Shown here: piece after piece, positions 30,860 to 40,812 of the stretch
Numbering within the stretch: position 1 is the stretch's first letter
Layout of the letters: each line of letters opens with the position of its first letter
Origin: Nitrosopumilaceae archaeon
GTDB lineage: Archaea > Thermoproteota > Nitrososphaeria > Nitrososphaerales > Nitrosopumilaceae
Length of the DNA: 64,000 bases
Assembly (NCBI GenBank): GCA_965207375.1
Contig: OZ242274.1
Location: 864,001 to 928,000 of the forward strand
Direction: 5' to 3'
Program-made: the position numbers and the translations under genes
The notes under the pieces: generated by a model
Seen by the model: only the letters and a program-made list of their open reading frames with translations
What the model was told of the DNA's origin: nothing
Database searches by the model: none

Positions 30860-31080
30860 AGGTATAGTCATAACAAAAGAGAGTTTCAAGGAAATATCTG
30901 CATATGGAAACTAGACCAGAAAGACAACCCATGAGATCAGTCCTGTACTAGACAAAAAACATCAGACATGTTGTCCAAACTGTGGCAATACTCTTTTCTG
31001 AATCTGCAAATTCATACATCAAAACAATTGAAAATGTAGATGATCAGCGGGTACATAACTCTATGGATGGTAATTTCAAA
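30860..31080 (+). pseudogene. Eroded IS66 transposase fragment
   Basis: QTCCPNCGN zinc-finger relic similar to FCPQCGNAL in the 13476 ORF; solo TIR-like TAACACTTAC at 30531-30540. Confidence 0.4.
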
Positions 31081-31399
31081 AAAGAATGGAACGGTTTCTG
31101 ATTTTACCTGTACTCTTAGATTTCAGACATCCTTATTGTCAATGTATACTAGTATAATAAATCATAAATGTCTCAGTCACACGTGTGATGAAATAAGGAT
31201 GGGTGATAACTCAAGCTGACATGTTGCTTATTGTTCTGATCTATCTGTAAGTTGTAATCTAGACTAGAAGCAACTCAAGGCTATGTCATGTTTTCCACCA
31301 ATAGTTACTGTAGAAGAACTTGTGTTTGAATAAATTATTTTAATTGAAATGTGTTATAATTGAGACAGGTTTAAATTAACTGTTGTATTTATACAACAT

Positions 31400-32005
31400 A
31401 TGTTGGTTAATTACAACATTACACAAACCACCTTGAAAATATTACGCCTTTATGCTAGTGATTATAAAAAATCATTTCATATGAGAGAAATTGCACGAAA
31501 GACATCTGTTGATGTAAAAACAATACAACTCCAACTTCAAAGATTAGAAAAATCCAATGTTGTGTCTAGCACTCGCAAAGGAAAAAACAAAGAGTTCTCT
31601 TTGAAACGTGATGTAATTACGCATTATTACATGGTTATGGCAGAATGCTTTGTAACTGCGGTATTTATTCAAAAAAATTTTTTGATAAAAAAAATACTTG
31701 CTGAATTAACATCTTATGTGGATGGGACATTAGTGTTATTTGGAAGTTATGCAAATGGTACTTTTACTAAACAAAGTGATATAGATTTGTTTATTGTAGG
31801 TGACAAGAAAATAGACACAAAAATTGTCCTAAATTTATCTGATATGATAAATAAAGATATCAACATAAAATATGCAAACAAACAACAGTTTTTGAATAAT
31901 TTGTCAAATAACGATCCATTGGCAAAGGAAGTAGTGCTAAAGCACATAATACTCAAAGGTGCAGATAATTTTTGTCAAATGATGTGGGAAAATTATGTTG
32001 CATAA
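31400..32005 (+). CDS. wHTH plus minimal nucleotidyltransferase (MNT antitoxin)
   Basis: LFGSYA...SDIDL. Confidence 0.85.
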   Translation: MLVNYNITQTTLKILRLYASDYKKSFHMREIARKTSVDVKTIQLQLQRLEKSNVVSSTRKGKNKEFSLKRDVITHYYMVMAECFVTAVFIQKNFLIKKILAELTSYVDGTLVLFGSYANGTFTKQSDIDLFIVGDKKIDTKIVLNLSDMINKDINIKYANKQQFLNNLSNNDPLAKEVVLKHIILKGADNFCQMMWENYVA

Positions 32006-32480
32006 TAAAAAATATCTTAGTTGGTGTACGAAACAAAACAAGGGCATAAGACTAGGTGAAATATCAAAAAGTCTACAAAACGCATATCTGAAAAAATCTC
32101 AGGCTGCCCTAAAATCCATGCACATCAATGCAAGAGAAGAAATTAACGAATGGGCAATATCTGCAAGTTATTATGCAAAATACTTTGCAGTATATGCATT
32201 ATTGTCTAGATTAGGCATCAAATGTGAGATACATGATTGTACCATTGCTTTGTTTGGTTATCTTTTTAGTCAGGATATATCTGAGATTCTTTTAAAAGAT
32301 CTACGTAAATCAAAAGAGGATCGGATAGATGCACAATATTATACATCTGACATGTCAGTTGATCTAACTGATGTTATCTCAAAATGTTGCGATTTTGTAA
32401 TTACTATAGAGTCAATAATTGACGGACTAGATCAACAAAAAATAGATCATCTTAGAAAAATAACAAGAGATCTGTTATAG
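31995..32480 (+). CDS. HEPN-domain protein
   Basis: SYYA.Y, H.C, RIDAQY; overlaps MNT. Confidence 0.82.
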   Translation: MLHNKKYLSWCTKQNKGIRLGEISKSLQNAYLKKSQAALKSMHINAREEINEWAISASYYAKYFAVYALLSRLGIKCEIHDCTIALFGYLFSQDISEILLKDLRKSKEDRIDAQYYTSDMSVDLTDVISKCCDFVITIESIIDGLDQQKIDHLRKITRDLL

Positions 32481-32599
32481 TTTTGTTTTTTGATGTCTGT
32501 CCCCGAGTTTGTAATTTTTAACTAATAGAAAAGCACGCCTACTCTCTAAATCCAGGTGTGTAAGAACTTTGACTAGGTTTTTACAGTAAAACATGCCCA

Positions 32600-32776
32600 A
32601 TACGTAGAATCAAGACATGGCGCCTAATGGGAAACATATACCTGAACCACTCAATATGATTGGTTCAATGATATTGTGTGCTGTTTGGCAACCTGTAGAA
32701 TATTGTGGCAGTTGGTTCAGCTGGCCTGACTGGAGCTAGGACCATTCGGATGGCAACAGAGGCGCATAAAAATCAC
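32600..32776 (+). pseudogene. IS5-family transposase 3' remnant
   Basis: Nucleotide homology to ~1816-1997 (AAGACxTGGCG...ATGGGAAAC...GATATTGTGTGC...GGTTCAG.TGGCCTGA). Confidence 0.65.
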
Positions 32777-32893
32777 AAAACTATCTCTAAGGAATATTAG
32801 TACATCAAAAAACAAAAGGTACCCAAAATATACGCAGTAAGATCCTCCAGATCACAAACTTAGTTGTAGTTTGTAACGCTTTAACTTTAAGTC

Positions 32894-32958
32894 ACGTGCA
32901 TAAAAAATTCCAAACCTATGATTTTTACATGTAATTTAGGTGTGCATTTCATAATCTC
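32894..32958 (+). repeat. Dispersed ~60 bp repeat, copy 3
   Basis: ACGTGCATAAAAAATTCCAAACCTATGATTTTTACATGTAATTTAGGTGTG. Confidence 0.6.
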
Positions 32959-33030
32959 AATCTGTTGCAAAAAAACCAAAAGACATTTGTCAATAAAAAA
33001 TTCCTACCAGTCTCAGTTGACTTTTGTACT

Positions 33031-33552
33031 CTAAAGGTCTGGTGGTAAAAAGTCCTTGTCTTTTGTCTCATATTCTTTGGTGGTAAACTCTAGTCTGTAT
33101 GTGGATCCATCTTGGATTGGATGCTTTAGGAATTGTTCTGATTTTACATCATTGACATACAGTGCAGATTTTGATAATTCCATGTCTCTAATTGGATATT
33201 CTGCAATCCATAAAAAGTGACCAATCTCAAAGGTGTGCGCCTTGCTCCATTCTGCATATGCTATGCCGTCATTTGACAAAGTGTACAGGGCCCTTTGACA
33301 CCCGCCGTCCATAAACCCTACATTGGCAGGAACCTCCAACCTGTTATTATCTGCGTATAGTTCAACCTTGAACGAAATCTTCCAATTGGAATCAATATCG
33401 TTAATACATGCACTGTGTGGCTGTGCGTCTAAAAATGGATTTACTACTAGTACCGTTAACATAACTGCAACTGCACCGATTCCTGTACTGATGGCCAGAA
33501 ATCTTATGGTTTTTTTCCTCTTGTAAGGATCAGTAACTCCTGGCCACTTCAT
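33031..33552 (-). CDS. Membrane-anchored hypothetical protein downstream of amoB
   Basis: N-terminal TM, VPANVG...C...LYT...DG motif. Confidence 0.75.
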   Translation of the reverse strand: MKWPGVTDPYKRKKTIRFLAISTGIGAVAVMLTVLVVNPFLDAQPHSACINDIDSNWKISFKVELYADNNRLEVPANVGFMDGGCQRALYTLSNDGIAYAEWSKAHTFEIGHFLWIAEYPIRDMELSKSALYVNDVKSEQFLKHPIQDGSTYRLEFTTKEYETKDKDFLPPDL

Positions 33553-33659
33553 GATATAATTTCCAAAAGATTACTTAAAGTCTTTTCTAAGCAAATAGGA
33601 TTTTTTTTCTGACATGTCAAAGTTTGATATTTAGAAAATGAAAAGGAAAGATGAGGATT

Positions 33660-34232
33660 TTAGATTACTTGCCAAGGTCGTGTAGCGAATGTGATGACGT
33701 AACCAACACCAATGATTATTGATTGATATGCAATGTTAGTATATGGAATTGCTTTGATAATTGGTTCTCCTTCTACGACAACTGTTTGACCTGGACCTAG
33801 TCCTGGACCTACTTGAGCTACATTGAGTTGTGTGTGTACGTGATATACGCCTGCCTCAAGTGCTTTTGCAGAGATTGAGTATGAGATGACATCGTTACCT
33901 GAAATGTCAAAGACATTGCCTGGTGGATCTCTTGCTAGAATTTCCCATCTGTTACCTGCGTTAGTAGATTCTGAGAAGATAGATACCCATCCTCTAAGGT
34001 CTCTTTCTACTAAGCTGACTAGTTTACCACTTAATGTGAGTACTTCGCCAGTTTGTAAGGATTGTCTGTTGAAGGTTTCATCTTCAATTCTAATGAAACG
34101 GCCCTGAAGTTGTGCCTGAACACCGTGTGCCTCTGCAGGTGGCATGATGGATTCAACCCAGTTGAATCCTAACGTACCTAATGCAAGTACTACTGCGAGT
34201 CCAGTTATGATAAGTTTGTTGTTTGTGATCAT
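33660..34232 (-). CDS. amoB: Ammonia monooxygenase subunit B
   Basis: Signal peptide then HGVQAQLQ, YHVHTQLN, TRPWQVI. Confidence 0.97.
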   Translation of the reverse strand: MITNNKLIITGLAVVLALGTLGFNWVESIMPPAEAHGVQAQLQGRFIRIEDETFNRQSLQTGEVLTLSGKLVSLVERDLRGWVSIFSESTNAGNRWEILARDPPGNVFDISGNDVISYSISAKALEAGVYHVHTQLNVAQVGPGLGPGQTVVVEGEPIIKAIPYTNIAYQSIIIGVGYVITFATRPWQVI

Positions 34233-34489
34233 GCTTATCCCTTATATCGTGGAAACAATCTTCGTCGTTATATGTTTTACCTTAATTGCCATGATCGATA
34301 AGATTGGCTTGTTGTTTAACATCAATGCTTAACATTAAAATGTTTAAATTTTATGTTATAATTTATGATGGAAATATCTTAAATTTATATAATTTTCATA
34401 GTATTTTTCCTCTTACATTCTAATTATCAAAAAAAATTGCTCTTATTTGAAACCCTTACTTTATATCTAAAACCTACATCATTGTAATC

Positions 34490-35053
34490 ATGGCACAAAT
34501 GCCGGCATTAATCCCAAAAGAAGTTGAGATTCAGAGACTAAAGAAAATCTGGCTCATCGTTATTGCTATGGGATCAACTGCAGCATCAGTCGAAGTGGAT
34601 AACTTCGTTGATGGTTCTCTACATCAAACATCTATCAGAGACAGCGCATTTACTCCAGCACATTGGTGGCTATATTCACACTTTGTAGCATTACCACTTG
34701 GATGGGGTTCAGTTGCAATCTATGATAGAAAAGTTCCAGTTCTCAGAGGTCCAAACAACTCAATGAACACTGGTCTCAAGATGACCATTCTAGGTTACTT
34801 GGCAACCATGTTTACAATTGGAGTCAATGAGATGTGGCACTTTTGGTTTGTAGAAGAAATCTTTGCAGTTCCAAATCACTGGATGTTTAACATGGGTGTA
34901 GTTGTTGCATTCATGGGAGCACTTGCGTACGTAGTCCGAGTTTATGCTCGACTTGTAGAATTAGGTGCAGAAACACCAGGTGAGAACCCATACGTTGCTG
35001 AAATGTACAAGATGGCCTTGGAAGGCAAACTGTACAGTAGAGCAATCCCATAG
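34490..35053 (+). CDS. amoC: Ammonia monooxygenase subunit C
   Basis: MAQMPALIPKEVEIQRLKK, DGSLHQTSIRDSAFTPAH, NEMWH. Confidence 0.98.
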   Translation: MAQMPALIPKEVEIQRLKKIWLIVIAMGSTAASVEVDNFVDGSLHQTSIRDSAFTPAHWWLYSHFVALPLGWGSVAIYDRKVPVLRGPNNSMNTGLKMTILGYLATMFTIGVNEMWHFWFVEEIFAVPNHWMFNMGVVVAFMGALAYVVRVYARLVELGAETPGENPYVAEMYKMALEGKLYSRAIP

Positions 35054-35225
35054 ACACAGTGCAATCGCACTTTTCTTTTCATTTTTTGATTCAAACAAAC
35101 TTGAATATTGTATTGCCCTTTTCTGTTTTTGATTATCTAAATAATCAAAGTTAGCATTGTACAGTAGAATCTAGACAGAATACATCAGAAATGATTTTTT
35201 GCACATATCTTGTGGTACAATTTTT

Positions 35226-35316
35226 GTACAAACTCAGGTCGCCACCAACTTCATGCCTAATTTTTGAATCTACTTGAAAATTTTATGCCTGAAAAATTTA
35301 CGACCTGAGTATGTAC
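35226..35316. mobile_element. 91-bp MITE, IS66-like
   Basis: 16-bp TIR GTACA(A/T)ACTCAGGTCG; 8-bp TSD CAATTTTT at 35218-35225 and 35317-35324. Confidence 0.75.
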
Positions 35317-36047
35317 CAATTTTTGGTGTTATCTGTAACTCTCGGATTGGAATTAGATACGAACCGTGGGGAGTGGTTCAATAAGATACAATACATGTCT
35401 GGATGATTAGATGAATTTTTAGAGATATGACGACGTGGTGTGAATCTGAATATGGGCAATTTTCCAGAGTTATTCAGTCATTACCATCTAGATTCAATGT
35501 TTTGCATCGGCTTGGGCGCTCTTGTAAAATAACTTGATAATCTTTGCGTAACATAGAATCATAGCACCGTTACAAACCATCTCATCATAATGATGCGCGT
35601 CATAGGGAGGAAAGGCCGCCCAAGAATCAAACTATGAAATGTTGTTTTACCGTGTGCTCTGATCTTATGTCTGATGATTCAGCCTATGATCTCATGGTGA
35701 CTCTTTAATCTGTTTGTCATACCTGAAGAAGGTATCAGAAGAGTTGTCTAGATGTCCCTATCCTTTGGTATTGAATTCTATACTGTGTATCGACTTGTGA
35801 AATAATATGTGTAAAATCATTCAAACCATGAAGGTATACCACTTTCATGATCTTGAGTAATAGACTAAATTCGGCATGACGAGTTTGGTTAACATAGATG
35901 CGTGGACAGTGCATAAAATCGGATATGCGGACACAATAAACATAGCCTCTTACGATCTGACTAATTTGCATCTGCCAGAATAGCACAACCGGAACTATCG
36001 ATGATTTAAGAAAGACTTAAAAAGATTCTAAATGGTATAAATCCAGA

Positions 36048-36410
36048 ATGACTCTTCCTAAAGGATTCGGTTCAGCAGGCGGTTCTGGCGGTTCAAGCGC
36101 AGACGTCGAAAAAATGATCGGCCGTCGTGTCGAGAATATGACTGGAATAATTACATTATCCTTTATCGCAGCATGGCTAGCAACATTTGGAGGAACTGCA
36201 GCAGGATATTTCTATTATCCTTGGGCATATCCAACACCAAGTGGTCACTATGCGTTCATTGTCCTCACAATTATCGAGGCAATTGGCTACATCTTCTCAG
36301 TTAAGGTCTGTGAAGAGGGTTCCAATAAGAATAGCAATGGCCTCGTAGGCGGTGTAATAGCAGCCGTAGCCGTTGGTACAGTAATTATCTCCTTGTACGT
36401 AGGAAACTAG
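36048..36410 (+). CDS. amoX: AMO accessory subunit X
   Basis: MTLPKGFG, IGRRVENMTG, YYPWAYP; located between amoC and amoA. Confidence 0.93.
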   Translation: MTLPKGFGSAGGSGGSSADVEKMIGRRVENMTGIITLSFIAAWLATFGGTAAGYFYYPWAYPTPSGHYAFIVLTIIEAIGYIFSVKVCEEGSNKNSNGLVGGVIAAVAVGTVIISLYVGN

Positions 36411-36520
36411 AAGGACATTCCTTCGGATTTTCTCTTTTTAATTTTGATTTCAAAGGCTAATTTCTGCGATCTTCATCGCGTGGTAAAATTTTATATACTG
36501 ACTACTTTATCATTTTTTTA

Positions 36521-37171
36521 ATGGTCTGGCTTAGACGATGTACTCACTATTTATTCATAGTAGTGGTTGCAGTTAATTCGACCCTGTTAACAATTAACGC
36601 AGGAGACTACATCTTCTACACAGACTGGGCCTGGACATCGTTTGTAGTATTTTCAATATCGCAAACGCTTATGCTTGCAGTTGGTGCAGCATATTATCTA
36701 ACCTTCACAGGTGTTCCAGGAACAGCAACGTACTACGCATTAATTATGACTGTATACACGTGGATTGCAAAAGGTGCATGGTTTGCACTAGGATATCCAT
36801 ATGACTTCATTGTTACTCCAGTATGGCTACCATCAGCAATGTTGATGGATTTGGTATATTGGGCTACAAAGAAGAACAAGCACAGCTTGATACTGTTTGG
36901 CGGAGTACTAGTAGGAATGTCTTTACCATTGTTCAACATGGTAAACCTGATTACGGTCGCAGACCCACTTGAAACGGCCTTCAAGTATCCAAGACCAACA
37001 TTACCACCATACATGACACCAATTGAACCGCAAGTCGGCAAGTTCTATAACAGTCCGGTTGCATTGGGTGCAGGAGCTGGTGCTGTTTTGGCGTGTACTT
37101 TCATGGCGTTGGGTTGTAAACTCAATACTTGGACTTACAGATGGATGGCTGCATGGTCAAAGTGGGACTAA
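36521..37171 (+). CDS. amoA: Ammonia monooxygenase subunit A
   Basis: MVWLRRCTHYLF, GDYIFYTDW, WMAAWSKWD. Confidence 0.99.
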   Translation: MVWLRRCTHYLFIVVVAVNSTLLTINAGDYIFYTDWAWTSFVVFSISQTLMLAVGAAYYLTFTGVPGTATYYALIMTVYTWIAKGAWFALGYPYDFIVTPVWLPSAMLMDLVYWATKKNKHSLILFGGVLVGMSLPLFNMVNLITVADPLETAFKYPRPTLPPYMTPIEPQVGKFYNSPVALGAGAGAVLACTFMALGCKLNTWTYRWMAAWSKWD

Positions 37172-37305
37172 CCAATCCAACCTCTTTTCATTTTGTTAGA
37201 TTTTCTATAACGCATGTTATGCATGGTTATATTTACTAAAAAAATATTGAATAACTTGTGATCTTTTGTTGTCTATCTTGACAATATGTGATTCTGTGAT
37301 TAGTA

Positions 37306-38166
37306 ATGGTGAAGCAACAATACGGTCAGGTTTTACTATCCCCAAAACCATTTGTAAAATGGGCAGGCGGCAAGAGACAGCTACTGTCTACCTTGGAGCA
37401 AAATTTCCCCTCAAAGTTTGAAACATATTTTGAGCCATTTTTGGGCGGCGGTGCCATGCTGTTTCACATACTTACTTTTTCACCAAATCAAAAATGCCGC
37501 GTATCTGATTTGAATTCTGATCTGATATTGACCTATGTTACAATTCGAGACAAGGTTGAACCCTTGATATCCTCACTCAAAGATCACGCAAAAAACTATA
37601 ACAAAGATTCTAAAACATATTATTATCATATCAGAGATGCCACCCCTAGGAGCCAAATTGAAAAGGCATCTAGACTAATCTTCCTTAATCGTACCTGTTT
37701 TAATGGGCTGTATAGAGTAAACAGCAAGGGAAAATTCAACGTTCCATTGGGCAGATATGCCAATCCAAACATTACAAATGAAGAGAATCTACGCACAGTC
37801 AGCCAAATTTTACAGTCAAAAAACGTGGATATTTCGTGCCGTGATTTTTCCTCAATTTTAGATAATACGTCAAAGGACGACCTGGTCTATTTTGATCCGC
37901 CATATCACCCGATTAGCTCAACTGCCAATTTTACCAGCTATACCAATTGTGATTTTGGAACACAAGATCTTGAAAAGCTTGTCAAGCTTTGCGAGGATTT
38001 GGACAACAAGGATGTCAAAGTGATACTGTCAAATTCTGATTCAAAAAAGGTCTCTGATCTATTCCCAAGTAAATGGAGAAAACAAAAAATTGCTGCAAAT
38101 CGAGCAATTAACTCTGACTCTAAAAAGAGGACCGGTCATTACGAGTTGTTGATTACAAATTACTAA
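37306..38166 (+). CDS. Dam-like (D12 class) DNA adenine methyltransferase
   Basis: KWAGGK, EPFLGGG, FNGLYRVN, DPPY. Confidence 0.92.
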   Translation: MVKQQYGQVLLSPKPFVKWAGGKRQLLSTLEQNFPSKFETYFEPFLGGGAMLFHILTFSPNQKCRVSDLNSDLILTYVTIRDKVEPLISSLKDHAKNYNKDSKTYYYHIRDATPRSQIEKASRLIFLNRTCFNGLYRVNSKGKFNVPLGRYANPNITNEENLRTVSQILQSKNVDISCRDFSSILDNTSKDDLVYFDPPYHPISSTANFTSYTNCDFGTQDLEKLVKLCEDLDNKDVKVILSNSDSKKVSDLFPSKWRKQKIAANRAINSDSKKRTGHYELLITNY

Positions 38167-38343
38167 CTGCTTGGAATCAACTATACAAAACAAGATGTTT
38201 GTCTTGGATGTAATTCCAATCATAAATTTTCCAACGGTATGAATCAGTTGATATGTCTCAAGTTTTGAGCTTGATGGATTCTATGCACACAAATTCCTAA
38301 AGATAGAAAACACGTCATACCAAATCATCTTGCACAAAACTAA

Positions 38344-38417
38344 AGCTCCGAGCGGGATCTGAACCCGCGACCTTTACCTTACCAAGGTAACGCTCTACCA
38401 GGCTGAGCTATCGGAGC
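38344..38417 (-). tRNA. tRNA-Thr(GGT)
   Basis: Cloverleaf; anticodon arm TTACC-TT-GGT-AA-GGTAA. Confidence 0.95.
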
Positions 38418-38509
38418 ACAACGTTTTGCAGTATGAATTCCTTATTAATTCTTGATTATTCTTTAAAAGTCTCTAAACTGTTAAATTTCTGTGATTTTTA
38501 GGATCACTT

Positions 38510-38630
38510 GGAGGAGTAATCAAGCCTGGCCAAAGTAAGCTGTTCGGCTTTTGGAAATGCAGGACTTAAGATCAAATAATGGGTGATCCTGTCTCTCAGG
38601 AGTTCGTGGGTTCAAATCCCACCTCCTCCA
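38510..38630 (+). tRNA. tRNA-Leu(TAA) with two introns (~38536-38556 in D arm; ~38571-38585 at 37/38)
   Basis: Acceptor stem GGAGGAG/CTCCTCC, GGTTCAAATCC, long variable arm; removing both inserts yields CAGGA-CT-TAA-GA-TCCTG. Confidence 0.85.
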
Positions 38631-38633
38631 CTG

Positions 38634-39020
38634 TTATTTTGGATTTTTAATTCCCTTGGCGTTTAAAACCTCGTATACATCTGGCAGTGACCAAACAAAT
38701 CCAACATGTACACAATCCTTTTCCTCACATAACATACAGTATAATTCGCCTTTTTGAATTGCAATCTCTGCAATCCTGTTTTTGAGATTGTCCTTTAGAA
38801 TCACCCTGTCCTCATCAACTGAAATCTTTTCTAGTTTGGGAGCATATCTTGCAAAGGTCTCATCCTTTTGCATCATCTCCTCTAGCATGTACGTTACATA
38901 TCCTGCAAAACTATTGACTCCCTTCATTGTCAGGGCGTTCTTATTTTTCTGATAAACATCCTGGAATTTATCATAGACTGATTCTGAAACTGTTATTGAT
39001 TTGAAACCGGCTTTTGGCAT
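38634..39020 (-). CDS. Conserved thaumarchaeal protein, RHH-like N-terminus with C-terminal CxxC/CxH
   Basis: FKSITVSESVYDKF; YCMLCEEKDCVH. Confidence 0.75.
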   Translation of the reverse strand: MPKAGFKSITVSESVYDKFQDVYQKNKNALTMKGVNSFAGYVTYMLEEMMQKDETFARYAPKLEKISVDEDRVILKDNLKNRIAEIAIQKGELYCMLCEEKDCVHVGFVWSLPDVYEVLNAKGIKNPK

Positions 39021-39139
39021 TTTACTTTTCCCTTACCGTACTATACAGTACAGAACTATATAACGGTTATTCTGGCATTTTATTTGACCTGCACTTTACT
39101 GAAATTAGACTTTATACCGCACTGTACAATTAATTCATT

Positions 39140-40039
39140 ATGACTAGAGGCTACAAAACAGAACAACTCAAACAGCAGATTGTTGATTTGTTAGGTGATT
39201 CTAAGACGGGATTATCTGGCGTTGAGATTTCTGAAAAACTTGGAATAAGCAGGGTAACTATGACAAAGTATCTAGGTATATTTGCAGCAGAGGGCCTAAT
39301 CAATCAAAAAAACATTGGAAATATCACGTTATGGTTTGTAGATGATGATATTGAGCAGTTTGATTTTCCAAATGATTATTTTACTGTACAAAAGAAATAC
39401 TCTGAACTTTTAACAAAGTTTTCCCAGAGGCAAATATCTAGACTTGTACAAAACTGCATACATTCTGGTGCTAGTGTCTCAAAGATGATAAACGAGGTCA
39501 TAGTTCCATCTATTTCAACAATAAATGATCTATTTGATGACGGCAAGATAGGTACTGCAGAGGAGAACCTGCTTAGAAACATTGTTTCTGAATCCATCAA
39601 AATACTAGATGCCACTCGTCACCTTGAGGATCCTGCAAAAAATGTAATTATACTATCTGCTGATTCTGACAGTCAGCTGATATCTGATGCCTCATCTACA
39701 CTTTATCATTCAGAGAATTGGACCGTTTTTTCATTAGGTGATATGGCCTCGTCTGCTGATGTGTTGTTTGATTTAGATCTGCAAAAATTACTGTCTAAAA
39801 TATGGAGGAAAAAAACCGAAATAATGCTAGTTACTGTATTTTCTAATTCTGTGGAAGGCCTAAACTTTTTTGCAGAGTCAATTAACATCGTAAAAGAAAA
39901 GTCCGGAAAAAAACTATTCTCAATTCTTTGCGGTCCGGTTGATAAAAAGACTAAACTCGATGCAGACTTGGTAACTGCAGATTTGAATACTATCTTGCAA
40001 TGGTCTGAAACCGTCTTTCAAAGTCATGTAAATAGATGA
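39140..40039 (+). CDS. HTH transcriptional regulator with B12-binding-cap-like domain
   Basis: EISEKLGISRVTMTKYL; VIVPSI...GKIGTAEE. Confidence 0.7.
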   Translation: MTRGYKTEQLKQQIVDLLGDSKTGLSGVEISEKLGISRVTMTKYLGIFAAEGLINQKNIGNITLWFVDDDIEQFDFPNDYFTVQKKYSELLTKFSQRQISRLVQNCIHSGASVSKMINEVIVPSISTINDLFDDGKIGTAEENLLRNIVSESIKILDATRHLEDPAKNVIILSADSDSQLISDASSTLYHSENWTVFSLGDMASSADVLFDLDLQKLLSKIWRKKTEIMLVTVFSNSVEGLNFFAESINIVKEKSGKKLFSILCGPVDKKTKLDADLVTADLNTILQWSETVFQSHVNR

Positions 40040-40042
40040 GCT

Positions 40043-40367
40043 TTGGTTGCTCCCCGTGCCATCAAAGAGATTGAGATACTGTCAAAGGCATATCGTCGTA
40101 GGTGTGCAATAGAGACAGGCTACAGACAGGAACAATACAGACCTAGAACTAGTCGCAATCATCTGTTTCAAACTTTTTTGTTTTTTATTTCTGTTTTCAT
40201 GCGCAACATGTTGGGCATTAAGGTACCCTGATGACGTCCCACAGTCAAGCATGACAATGAGGCAAATGATCGGTGCAGTTATGGTATGTGCTGTACAATA
40301 TATCCGAATTGTTGGAATGCCGTATGATGCAGGTGGCGCAGGATAATGGGTGAATTTCCATCTACTG
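40043..40367 (+). pseudogene. ISH3-like transposase 3' remnant
   Basis: YRRRCAIETGYR...PRTS; ends in ...CTACTG (CAG-type TIR). Confidence 0.65.
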
Positions 40368-40503
40368 TACATACTTATCGTCTATTTTTCAGACAACAGA
40401 ATTTCACTTGTTCAAAACTAGACACTAGTTTGAAAATGATTACCATGCGGGAAATTTTTTTACATAAACTAGAATGTAGGCGTTCTACTAGAGTTCCACA
40501 AGA

Positions 40504-40800
40504 TCATACTTTCTTTATACGAGTAATCAATTTATTTACAAACCATGCAATCGGCAACCAAAATATAATATTTGCTATAACAGACAACAACAAACCAACA
40601 ACTAATCTAGATTCATTTGACATTGATACCGTATCAAAAAGAAGGTAACCTGTGATGGTCCACATGGTAGTTGCAACAATATTTAAATTCATCAATACCA
40701 TATTCTCACCCTCGATAGGGGATACAGCTAATCCTATGATATTAATAAGAAAACCATAAAGTGGAAATCCGATGTATAGTGCAAGTTTTAATTTTTTCAT
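40504..40800 (-). CDS. Small 3-TM membrane protein
   Basis: Hydrophobic ORF 12 bp downstream of the secreted protein gene. Confidence 0.65.
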   Translation of the reverse strand: MKKLKLALYIGFPLYGFLINIIGLAVSPIEGENMVLMNLNIVATTMWTITGYLLFDTVSMSNESRLVVGLLLSVIANIIFWLPIAWFVNKLITRIKKV

Positions 40801-40812
40801 GATAAAAAAAGG

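Noticed and set aside
35735-35986. 83-aa ORF in the amoC-amoX spacer
   Set aside because: No motif or clear start signals; likely eroded sequence
37306-38166. Dam-like methylase as part of a new defence system
   Set aside because: Orphan methylase with no adjacent nuclease
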